From Podarcis melisellensis (taxonomy: Eukaryota), in the NCBI GenBank assembly GCA_964234715.1, contig OZ174280.1: a stretch of 55,027 nucleotides of DNA; one strand, written 5' to 3'. Under the pieces are notes generated by a model. The model had not been told where the DNA came from, ran no database searches, and saw nothing but the letters and a program-made list of their open reading frames with translations. How positions within the stretch are numbered: the first letter of the stretch is position 1; the number at the start of each line of letters is the position of its first letter. Positions 39,664 to 50,249 of the stretch are shown here, one piece after another. A program made the position numbers and the translations under genes.

Positions 39664-41427
39664 AAGCTTGCATTCCCTTTCCCCAGACTGCCTTTTAGTG
39701 CTTTCGAAGAAACGATCATTTGGGGGCTCAGTGGATTATTTGGAAGGCTGGCCTTCTCTCATATTTCTGAATTTATTCGCACTGTGCACAATTGTCATTT
39801 TTTTGTTATTAATTTCCTTATCCTAATTTTAATATCCCCCCTCAAGATTGGGAGAAAATGCAACTTGTGTCTACTGCATTCAGTATTGCAGGAACTGAAA
39901 GGATTTAAATTGGGAATGTTGTGAGATGCGTGAACCCAGTACTTCTGGCACATTGCTGATCTATGTGCTCATCTGTCACATAGGCTGTGCTTATTTGAGC
40001 TGTAACTAAGTTGTAAGTGTCAAATATGCAGTGTCAGTGTATGACTCTCCCGCAGCACATTGGCACATATCAGACGAGTCTCAAAAGGGGCTGTGGATTT
40101 GTGCTACTTTTCAGCAAGCACGGAATAGAGTACAGTGAAGGTGCCTGCTTAATCTCAACAGGCAAGGAGTTCCAAAGTGCAGATGCTGCCACAACTAAAT
40201 GACCAAGCTCTTATAAATGTAGAATGGGTATGATGTGGCACCTGTTGTAGTGCCAGTTGCACTGATCAAAGTGGTCCAGTGGGCACATGGACTCAGCATT
40301 TACTTAATGGCAGTGGTGGCTGGTGCATGTTGGAACTGGTAGGGTGGAAGACAAGGAGACCAACAGATGGTAGAGCCATAACCAATGATACGTAGCATCA
40401 ATGGATCCGAATTTTTGTCCCATGCTCCTCCTTGCTGAGTTCTACAAGGGCAGCTCTTGAGTCTGAAGAGTATGCTGGTAGCCACTCCATCTCCTGGGCT
40501 GCTTCTAAGAGAGAAAGCAGGCAAGTGGGGGCTGGCTGATGCAGACAGGTTGGTGGGACAGCGCCCCATTTGCCCCATCCTCTACTACGTGTCACTTTTT
40601 CATGAATTTCAGGATGTTCCACATTCACTTAGATTTGTGGGTCATCATCCAAAGAAGTGTTCCACATGTGCAGAAGAAAACAAGGCTACAGCTGGAGGCT
40701 TTGTTTCCCCCTTGATACAGGGAACATCTGTAGCAAAATAACAACAAATGACCTGGCTGCATATCTGGGTCCTGGCCACAGGGTATCCTCAACAGTGTTT
40801 TCTGCAGATTGGGAGGTCCTTTATCTCAGCTAATAGCCATACTATCACCAAGGCTCAGCACAAGTGACAGAAGTTTAAGATAAAAAACATAGAAACATCT
40901 ATGTTTACATTTCATACACTGATGAATTAATTTAAATTTAAAAAACCTGTGTTTCAAAACAGGGGTCATTGGGCTGGACTGCTGTGTGCGAGGCAAGCTA
41001 AAACCACCATTTGGTGTGTGGAGTTAATTACACAGTTCTCTGGATGGTGGATGGTCTAATGTGAGACTGGTGCCACACTTGCATTAACTATTACGGACAA
41101 TTAAATGAAGGATTGATTTTTCTGCAGCAGGTCTTTAATACACATTAAACTTACATACTTCATACTGTAGTGTTTGTGCTTTACATTTTGGATAGTTCAG
41201 TAAAATAGTACATTTTTTTCAATAAGAGTTTTGCTTGAGTCTATGGGAGTTTTCCAATATATTGAAAAATGCATAAAACCAAATTTATTTGGGGAGGTCA
41301 ACCGAAGATATTTTGGGCTTATTTGAGTTTTGCAGAAGGAACAAAACAGAATGCTAAAAAGCCAGAATATGAATACTTTCCATGGTTTATTCCAAAGCAA
41401 TAGCAGGAGCGATTGGGTTTAAATGAG

Positions 41428-41484
41428 TCTTCTTCTTCTTCTTCTTCTTCTTCTTCTTCTTCTTCTTCTTCTTCCTTCTTCTTC
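41428..41484 (+). repeat. (TCT)n microsatellite
   Basis: Directly visible. Confidence 0.97.
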
Positions 41485-42508
41485 ATGGAATTGGAGAAGC
41501 AAATTATCCAAAAACAGAACATGAACCCCCCCCTCAAATTCTGTGACATTAACGTTAGAGGATTACTTGAGACTAATGAATTTTGAAGTATGCTTTGTGT
41601 GGAAACTATGCTATTGTCTCAATATAAACAGGTTTCAACAAATTTCTGCTGAAAACAAATGTAACCCTGTAAGAGTGAGAAGGCAGTTTGATAGTGCCAT
41701 TGATACCTATAATGTAGACTTATTTACCACCCTGACCTGATGTGTACGCTGTTCAGACTTGTTTTGTGTGAGATTCAGGCTAAACTGAGAAAACCCCATT
41801 CCTCCACCCCAGAAAGGAGACAAAGGGTTGTATCCAATGTTAGTAGAGAAGACCCACTGAATTAATGGACAGGACTAGGTTCATTAATTTCAGCTGGTTC
41901 TACTCTGAGTAGAATTTACATGGCTACAACCCAAAGGCTGTCATTTGCCTCACAGCTATGGTTATCTATTGGCCAGTTTGTAACATCAGTTCCTTCAGTC
42001 TGTATCTTCTATTCTCCAGCCCCAGATTTGTTTTGAAATTATGTTTAAAAGTTTTAGACTTTATATTGCATTTGTGCTTATTATTCTTTTCAAAGTTTTT
42101 TTTTAAAAAATTGTGCAAGTTTATCTACTTGTTCCAAGGCTTTAATCTCACAGTTTGAAAATTAATTTCTTATTGCCTTTCAAAGCATATTCCAGTGAGT
42201 AAAAATGTGTTCTTGTTTTCCGGCACTGTACTTAACATTTTATGGTATGTTTTAAAATACATACTGAGGCTTTTTTCTTGCACAAAGACCATCCTTTAAT
42301 CCCCACAGTAGGACTTCCAACTATGTGACATTTGCTGGCATAGCCAGTTTTTAAGGCTGGATTGAGGGTAGAGCCATACCCAAACATATGTGGGAAATCA
42401 CTTGGAAAATGTTAAGTTTATATGCAGTGTGTAGGTTGTTCCTAAGAAAAGACTAAATGTTGCTATATGGTTTTCCCCCTCAGAATTTTGGATAAATAAA
42501 AGCTGCAC

Positions 42509-43296
42509 AGTCAAGCTACAAATCCCCTCCACTTCCCAGTGGGGAGGTGTTGCGGTGGACCACATGGCCATCCACTTCCCTCTGGGGGCGTGGGACAAAG
42601 TCCTGCGTCACCCGGAGGTTCCTGGTCACATCATTCACCAACCAGCCAATCCACTGGCTAGGGGCGTGGCTGGGACCCATTTAAACTGAGGTGCAAGCCA
42701 GAGAGCTTCCTCTTTACTCGCTTCCTTGATCTCCCACCCTCCCTCCCTATTTTTCAGGTTTCAAATTTGGCCTTGCTATGGACCTCGGTTGGTCGCCCTT
42801 GAGGGGCCTGGTAGGAATTTTTCCACTTGGCAAATTGGCATGGGCCATTTCGCTTTCACCTACCTCATAGCAGTCGTCACAACTTTGTAAGGATTTGTGG
42901 TTAGGCATTGGTTAATCTTATGATGGGGAGGGGAGGTGTGGCCATCACCTGCTCCCCCAAGTTTAAAGGTATTCCGTTAAAGGAATCTGGGGATGTGGAT
43001 CTTGTCCAAAGCCCGGGGCAGGGCTAGGGTCATGCCACGACCCCGTCGGGAACCCAGGGGGAGCTTGAGTTGGTTTGCATCGATGGGGCTCCCCTACCGG
43101 TGGTTGATCCTTACTGGACTCCCTGCATGATGGGCAGGAGTCAGATACAGTCGGGTCAATTCCAATGCCTAAGCCAATACCGCTCACATTCTGTAACCAA
43201 GAAAGTTGTGGCCTAAATTTGCCCAATAACATTAACCTAATATCCGTGTCCTTGTGTCTTATTCATCAGTGAGGGGGTGGTCTCAGGGTCTTGACA
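42509..43296 (+). mobile_element. Probable solo LTR (~790 bp)
   Basis: Ends (A)GTCAAG ... CTTGACA form an inverted repeat. CCAAT, GGGGCGTGG GC boxes and TTTAAA occur in U3 order; GC-rich island in an AT-rich intron. No clean TSD. Confidence 0.55.
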
Positions 43297-43566
43297 TACA
43301 ATGGCATTAACTCCAGTACTCTTGCTTTTTTGTTTGATTAATATGACTAGGCATTGGGGAAAATTTAAACAAAATGATCACAACCTTTCTCTTGTCTTTG
43401 TATGGGTAAAAGTGGCATTCTGGCATGTTCAGCATAGTCTTTCTAGAGAATCTTGATCTAAAATAATTAACCCATCTTAAAAACAACATCTAGTAAAATG
43501 CTTTAGACATGCTACTTCATACAAAATATTCACAACTGATGGGTTTCTTTTTCTTTTACAATTCAG

Positions 43567-43772
43567 AACAGATGTATCATTGGGAAGTACCTCTACACGT
43601 TCCCTAAAGGACAATGTCACGGTCACTCACTGCAATGCTGTAAAAAACCAAAAATACAAATGCCAGATAACTTCAGCAAAGTTCAAGCATATTTACATTA
43701 TGTGGCTCAAGATCACAGATGGAATGACATTGCTTCAGTCACCGCTAATGTTAGTCAAGCCTACAGATATTG
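43567..43772 (+). CDS. LEPR: Leptin receptor coding exon 4 (CRH1)
   Basis: CAG acceptor and GTAAG donor, 206 bp; THCN...KC...YIMWLKITDGMTLLQSPLMLVKPTDI. Confidence 0.93.
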
Positions 43773-44187
43773 GTAAGTTTCAGTTTATTGGCCAAAGTGT
43801 TAAAATCAGAATAACAAAAAGAGTCTGAGGAAGCTTCCAAAATGATGATTCCAGAATATATACTGAGTATACACTATGGCAGAACTTTATTCTATGGAAA
43901 ACACCCTCCCTCAAAGCAACACACAAATACATAAGCTAGTGTAGAATAAAATGTTGGTATTGCAAGGCATTTTTTGCTTTTCCCAACATACTTTAGTTAT
44001 ATAGCAAAATACAATAAGTAAAATCAGTGATGTAAGTCCTGAATGAATTCCCTAAGATACATGATATCTCATCCTATAGTAATTCCAGCAATGTTAAGCT
44101 TGTTCTTGAAGCTGCCATAATTCATAACAATAACGACATAATTCTTTCCCAACATGAAACTGATGGTGGAAACGGTTCAGGATCTTA

Positions 44188-44431
44188 GGGCTCATCCAGA
44201 CTTCCATTTGTACGACTGCTTTTCCTTGGGAAAACTCGATTTTTATCGCTGAATCAGAGCAGACGTCAGTCAGGATTTTCATGGATTTATGTTTGCTACA
44301 ACTCAAGAGCGGGTTTTCCAGGGGAATGTAGCGGAGCATACAGAAAACCACTTGGACCTTATGGCTAGAAAGCATGGGACAAGTGGGAAACTTTTTCTAG
44401 GCACGGGATAAATGTAAGCCTGGACGCGCCC
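44188..44431. mobile_element. MITE, PIF/Harbinger-like
   Basis: Imperfect ~22-bp TIRs GGGCTCATCCAGACTTCCATTT / AAATGTAAGCCTGGACGCGCCC; 3-bp flanks TTA / TTG. Confidence 0.7.
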
Positions 44432-45010
44432 TTGGTATTTTCAGTTTTATGCAGCATTTACTTTTTCTACAAGGTAAATGAAGAGCAATGCTTATTAGCT
44501 CATGGTGTCCTTAAGATTTAATCATACTCTCATTTCCGAAGTAAGAAAATTCTTGGCACAGTAACTTTGATCCCTTTGGTAGGCCGGTTCTGTTCATTGT
44601 ATGGCTGGCATGGAAGCCTGAATGACAGGAGTTTCTAATGTATTGAAATGAATTATCCTGCACAGTTCTTAACCATGCCTGCAAAATCCTTTTCATTTTA
44701 TTTTTAAAAATGTGGTTGTTGTGGCACAGCGCAGAACTACGCAAGATGGTGGCAAGTTCTGTGTGTATGAATATTGAACTGCCTCAGTCACACAGAAAAA
44801 GAGGGAAGTAAGGGTCCAAAAGCAAAAGTGTCATCTGGATAAATAGTGCAGAACTCTCCCTGCACTTCTCCCCCTGCAGCTCCTCTTATGCTGCTTCTGG
44901 TACTGGAGCTCATCTGAGGAGAAGAGTGTATGGGGGAAAGAATTCCCTAAGAGACATGTAGGGAATCTGCAGGCAGGAGGAGTGTCCTGCTTGCGTTCCT
45001 CCCAGGTGAG

Positions 45011-45435
45011 TGTGAGTGTTCAGAACTTAAATGGTTAAGGGTTCTGAGTGTGCGTCACATTCTGACGTCAGACGTAAGCCGGGAGGAGACAGAAGCTTTT
45101 AGAAGCTAAGGAGGAGGAGTTTTTCCCTGTACTTTCACTTCTCTCTGTGTATCTGTGAGAGAGAAAGACGTGCCTTTGGATATGGCTGAAAGAAGCCCCG
45201 GTCTTTGTAGCTGAAATGTTTCAATAAAGAGCTGTAAATAGACGGAGCTGTCTGTGTGTGCTTGCCAGAAGAAGGAAGTAAGTCTGCTTTACACCGCTGT
45301 GTGTTCTACTCTGCTAAGCCGTGACCTGAAGGGAGCAACAGTGGCGCAGCTTTGAAGAAGTGTGCCGGACCCGTTATAAACTGCTGATTGACGATCATAA
45401 AGTAATCAGGTGTCACGGCAGATCGATCTCCAAGA
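45011..45435 (+). repeat. 5' LTR
   Basis: TGTGAGTG...CCAAGA; differs from the 3' LTR only at 45063 and 45244; AATAAA at 45223-45228. Confidence 0.96.
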
Positions 45436-45755
45436 GGTTATGGAAGGTCAGCCAACGCTCGTAAAGCGGTCGGTGTGAGCTCCAGGAATGTCTTTGAAGT
45501 TAGCGTTCTGAGGCTGAGGGGCCGTCGGAGGCCAACGGGAGCTGACTGGATGCCGGAGAGCAAGAATGATTAATTGCCTGCTTCTAAGAGGCAATGAGAG
45601 CTGCTGATACAGAGAGCTGGCTGGAAGCTGAGAAGCAGCTGGAGCTAAAAGCAGCTGGAATCGTTACTCCAAGCAAGGGAGAGCCGTAGGAGCTGGTACT
45701 GAGCACTGAGTACGGAGTAAGTACAGCTTGGGGCACCTTGGGAGAACGGGAGAAG

Positions 45756-48506
45756 ATGGCCAAAAGCCAGAATATACCTCTGGAAAAGCTCACTCTAAAG
45801 AGTTGGGCAATATGGAGCAGAAGAATAAGGGGATGGTTCCTAGTCGAGGGGCTTTGGGAAGCAAGCCAATGGGAGCCAAAATCACCCCTTAGCTGGCCAG
45901 CAGCTGGAACAGGCGTTGCAAGCTGTGGGGCTGCGTGGGCTGAAGATAGCCAGCAGAGAATGCAACTTGAGCTGGATATGCTCAGAGCATGCGTTGATGA
46001 ATCGCTGAAGCCTCATCTTGAGGGCGTTGAATCGGCCCAGGCCGCCTGGCAGGCGCTGAGGAGTGTGTGTGAAAGCTCAGCGGGAGCCAGGCCAGGGGGG
46101 GCTGGAGGAAGCCCAGGAGAGGCTGAAGGATGCCCAGAAAGCCCAATGGGGGCTGGGACAGTGTTGGGGAGCTGTTGTAATGCTTCTACACGTCTGTGTG
46201 ATGGACTGGGTCCTGGAGAGGCTGGACTGGCAGGCCCTGTTCCCGATGTCTTGGCCTCTAGGAGCGCTAGTGAGCAGATCGGGGGGGCGAAGAGTTCCAA
46301 AGGCAAGTTTAAAGGACTTTTCACTTGTGCTGAAGCAGAAAGGAGCTTCAGGGGGGGCCAGGCTGGTGGGAGGCGCCGTTCCAGAAGGAGGAAGGCCAGG
46401 CCAGCTGGCAGCAGCCCCGGGCAGTGTTTTTCCACTGGAGTTCAACGTCTGCGTGGCAGTAGCCCCCACCGGAGCAGAGAGCCGAGGCAGGATGTTGGCA
46501 AGGACACTTCTCATGGGAACCAGACGGGTTTCCGTGGCAACAGGCCTGGGAAGACAGGCAGGCGTGGAACTGAACCAGGTGGTCGTGGTAAACAGGAAGA
46601 GTCTTATCAAGTTTCTGCTAGCATGGCTGTGTTTGAGAACTGTTGTGTGGAAAATTCCGAGCTCTGCTTTGTTATTGACTCTGCAGCTAACCGCAACATG
46701 GTTCCTGAGACACCTGCAGTCACGTTGTGGAATTGCAAAGCAATTTCCACAGGACAAACTGTTTTATTTGCAAATGGACAGCGGAAAAATGTCACTAACT
46801 GTGGTACATTGTTCCTTTCTGTTTTGCAGGAGCAGGTCGAAGTGTGCACCATCCCAGAGATGCCTCACTGTTTGTTATCTGTGCCTTATTTGTTAAAAAA
46901 GGGTTTTCAGGTTTGTTTCCAGGGGGATTCCTGCACAATCTCCAGAGAAGGAAGACGACTTGTTGAAGTGAAACGGGGACAGAATGATCTTTTCGTTCTT
47001 AAAACGTCTCTTGGGGGTGAGGGGAAGGTTGAGAAAGCACAAGCGTCGCGTGCTACAGTTCCCAACCAGCGTACTACAGTTCCCACTCATGATGCCTCAT
47101 GTGCATGCGTATGGCATCAGAGAACAATTCATGGGTCGGTAGAGGACTTGCAGACTCTGCCCGAGGTTGCCAAGGGGTGTAGGATTCAAAATTGTGGAAG
47201 TGCCATTAATTGTGACACTTGCAAGCAGGCAAAGGTGAGAGGGTGCAGTTACCCAAAGGTGGAACGGGTTACCACCAAACCTTTTGAGCTGGTACACATA
47301 GATCTGTCCAATTCTGTCCAGGAACAGAGTCTAGGGGGAGCCAGGTATCTGCTGACTTTTCTGGATGATTTTTCGCAGAATTCCTGGAGTCATGGTCTCA
47401 GATCCAAGGAGGATGCAGCACAGCTGATCAAGAGCTGGATTGAGGGGGTGGAACTAAGGTTCTCCACCAGAGTGCAAGCGATCATCAGTGACAGAAATGC
47501 TAGGTACACTGGTTCTGCTTTGCAGAAGTTCTTTCACGAGAAAGGGATACGTCACACAGTTCAGAGGGGGGTGGCAGAGCTGAGGAGTGGAGCTCTGGTT
47601 CAGGCAGCACAGGTGATGCTTACAGAGTCTGAGTTACCTCCACAGTTTTGGCTGGAGGCGGCTAGAGCTGCATGCTTCACCTGGAATAGGACCTACAATT
47701 CGCTGGTAGGTGACACTCCGTTTTCTCTGTTGAATGGCCGCAAACCCCAGGTTCACTTTCTGCGCAAGTTTGGGTCTCCTGCGATTGTCTCTGCGCCTGA
47801 GGCTTTGCGAGGGCCAGATGGAGCCAAATTCCAGAAAATGATCTTCTGTGGGTATGAGCCAGAAGCCCGTGCATGGCGGTTTGCTTACCCTTCAGGTGAT
47901 CAGAGTAAGGTGCTGATCAGTAAACACGCTGAGTTCTGTGAGGAGGATGTAAAGTCAAAGTCTCCTGTCAGGCGTGATGTTCTATCAGAATGTCTCTCTG
48001 ATCCAGAAGACAGTTCTGATGAGGCGGAAGAAGAGGCTGAGGCTGCTGATGACGACCAGGTCACTGACCAGGGTCAAGAGCAGAATGTGGCATCTCCACA
48101 AGTTGTAAAGAGAGTGCCCAAAAGTGAGCCTAGTTCTCCTGTGAGTGTGATGGAGAGGATCCGAAGACGCTTTAAGTCAGAGGGGGAATCCCATGATGCA
48201 GAGGACACACCTGCTGATCAAAGTGAGTCAGAGGGAACACCTGAGTTTGTGCCTAGGAGGTCCAGTCGCACAACAAAGGGTATTCCACCAGAGAGGTACC
48301 AGGCCACAGGTGCGTGGGTAAGTTTCGCACAGTGCGATTCTGAGAGTTGTGAGGTGGTTCCACAGTTGCCTAACAGGGACGCCAAGAGAGGGCGCAAGGC
48401 ATTGGGGAAGGGATTGATCTCACAGAGTCTTGCTGAGGATGTTCCACAGGTGCAGTCGGAATCCAACGCAAGGGGGGGTGTGAGTGTTCAGAACTTAAAT
48501 GGTTAA
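45756..48506 (+). CDS. Copia-type Gag-protease-integrase polyprotein, 916 aa from the first ATG, no RT/RNase H
   Basis: Copia Gag N-terminus (IPLEKLT..WAIW...EGLW; AQAAWQAL), protease-like FVIDSAA, HHCC (WHQRTIH...CDTC), integrase core (PFELVHIDL...LTFLDDFS...ISDR...GVAE...FWLEA), MIFCGY, RRSSRTTKGIPPERY. Stop codon lies inside the 3' LTR. Confidence 0.9.
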   Translation: MAKSQNIPLEKLTLKSWAIWSRRIRGWFLVEGLWEASQWEPKSPLSWPAAGTGVASCGAAWAEDSQQRMQLELDMLRACVDESLKPHLEGVESAQAAWQALRSVCESSAGARPGGAGGSPGEAEGCPESPMGAGTVLGSCCNASTRLCDGLGPGEAGLAGPVPDVLASRSASEQIGGAKSSKGKFKGLFTCAEAERSFRGGQAGGRRRSRRRKARPAGSSPGQCFSTGVQRLRGSSPHRSREPRQDVGKDTSHGNQTGFRGNRPGKTGRRGTEPGGRGKQEESYQVSASMAVFENCCVENSELCFVIDSAANRNMVPETPAVTLWNCKAISTGQTVLFANGQRKNVTNCGTLFLSVLQEQVEVCTIPEMPHCLLSVPYLLKKGFQVCFQGDSCTISREGRRLVEVKRGQNDLFVLKTSLGGEGKVEKAQASRATVPNQRTTVPTHDASCACVWHQRTIHGSVEDLQTLPEVAKGCRIQNCGSAINCDTCKQAKVRGCSYPKVERVTTKPFELVHIDLSNSVQEQSLGGARYLLTFLDDFSQNSWSHGLRSKEDAAQLIKSWIEGVELRFSTRVQAIISDRNARYTGSALQKFFHEKGIRHTVQRGVAELRSGALVQAAQVMLTESELPPQFWLEAARAACFTWNRTYNSLVGDTPFSLLNGRKPQVHFLRKFGSPAIVSAPEALRGPDGAKFQKMIFCGYEPEARAWRFAYPSGDQSKVLISKHAEFCEEDVKSKSPVRRDVLSECLSDPEDSSDEAEEEAEAADDDQVTDQGQEQNVASPQVVKRVPKSEPSSPVSVMERIRRRFKSEGESHDAEDTPADQSESEGTPEFVPRRSSRTTKGIPPERYQATGAWVSFAQCDSESCEVVPQLPNRDAKRGRKALGKGLISQSLAEDVPQVQSESNARGGVSVQNLNG

Positions 48507-48903
48507 GGGTTCTGAGTGTGCGTCACATTCCGACGTCAGACGTAAGCCGGGAGGAGACAGAAGCTTTTAGAAGCTAAGGAGGAGGAGTTTTTCCCTGTAC
48601 TTTCACTTCTCTCTGTGTATCTGTGAGAGAGAAAGACGTGCCTTTGGATATGGCTGAAAGAAGCCCCGGTCTTTGTAGCTGAAATGTTTCAATAAAGAGC
48701 TGTAAATAGACAGAGCTGTCTGTGTGTGCTTGCCAGAAGAAGGAAGTAAGTCTGCTTTACACCGCTGTGTGTTCTACTCTGCTAAGCCGTGACCTGAAGG
48801 GAGCAACAGTGGCGCAGCTTTGAAGAAGTGTGCCGGACCCGTTATAAACTGCTGATTGACGATCATAAAGTAATCAGGTGTCACGGCAGATCGATCTCCA
48901 AGA
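48479..48903 (+). repeat. 3' LTR
   Basis: Follows the PPT AAGGGGGGG; 423/425 identical to the 5' LTR. Confidence 0.96.
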
Positions 48904-50249
48904 TTTCCCCCTTCTTATAATTGGATGGATGCTCTCCCTCTTTCTGCATGGCTGGAGCAGTGTAAACATAGAACAGCCACTGTCAAATCTAATGTGGCAA
49001 TAGTTAAGATCCTAGAGCCTGCTTCACAGAAACAAAAACCAGCTGAATGGTTGAAGGTGTACTGCCAGCACAAAGTTAAGAATGGGCTTTAAGTTTTGCA
49101 TGGAGGAAATGTTCATCTGAAAGCAGGTAAAATTGCCAAAATTACTAGCTTGAAGAAAACAGCCATTTGACGTGTTTTCCATAAATAACCATTTTTGTAC
49201 CCAGGACTCCTTCCTGAAATCCATGGAATTTTTAAATGCCTAACTCTGGCTGGATCGTGCATACTATGTGCAAATAAATATTCATTTATTGGAATCGTTA
49301 AACTGTTGCATCTTCACAGCACAATGTGGATTTGAAAAAATAAATATGTATACATTAACTCAAATGAACTGCCTGGATTCTTGAGGATGACATCACTATC
49401 AAAAATTATTGGAAAATCTCATTCCAACCCCTAGAATCTTCTTCATTCCAGCTCAATGAAAAAAGACAATTGAGAGAAAAAAAAGTTTTCTAGTACATTC
49501 AGAAGACTCTGAGACTCAATAAAGTTCTAAAGGGTTGCTTATTAATGGGTGTTTTAAAATCAAGGTACAGATTCTTTTAAAATTAGAATTTTAGCATTTA
49601 AAAAGGTGAAAGCTTTGCTTCTGCTTTTTAATCAAGTCATGGGAAATGGTACAATCAGATGGCGGAAGCTTTTAATGCTTTGTTGCTTTCTGGCTGAAGA
49701 AGCAGCTCCTTATGAACATTTGACCATTTATGAACTGTTTAGTGTTTTAACATTCTCACCATAATGAAAAGAACATTTCAGTAGCCTATTTTTCTTAGTA
49801 TCTTTTTTGTAATTAATTGAAACCTTTTAGAATGACCATTTCATGTTGCTTACAAATTAGGTTAATGCTTTTGAAAGATGATGGGATTATAGGAATAATG
49901 CCACAGTGATTCTTTCAAATCATGTCACTGAGTGGCCTGCTACTTTAAAACTGTACTATCTAGCTTAATTATATCTAGAATTAAAAATGGCACTAGGTGG
50001 AGTTCATTTCACATCAAATCCTCTGTAAGGCCTTGAAGGAATATACTCTTGTGTGTACAATCAGTCCTCTGGACCACAGCCATTGACTATATCCAGTTAA
50101 GGTTGCAACCCTGCATCCATATATAGTACCTAGGAGTAACTCCCATTGAACTCAGGGGGACATAGTTTTAAATAAACATGTATAGGACTGTGCTTTCAGT
50201 AAATGCTTGAATTGTACTTTAAGTCCCAATAGCAACTTTTAATTGTTTT

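Larger units (their letters stand above)
45011..48903 (+). mobile_element. Ty1/copia-type LTR retrotransposon derivative lacking RT and RNase H (3,893 bp), intronic and sense to LEPR
   Basis: Two 425-bp LTRs, GGTTATGG PBS-like site at 45436, polypurine tract ending at 48478, and Gag-PR-IN domain order. Confidence 0.95.

Noticed and set aside
41319-41549. Poly-Glu ORF
   Set aside because: Translation of the (TCT)n microsatellite.
46013-46896. Alternative-frame and antisense ORFs (140-277 aa) within gag
   Set aside because: Shadows of the GC-rich main ORF; no motifs.
45756-48506. Domesticated single-copy host gene
   Set aside because: Near-identical flanking LTRs indicate a recent mobile insertion, not an old fixed gene.
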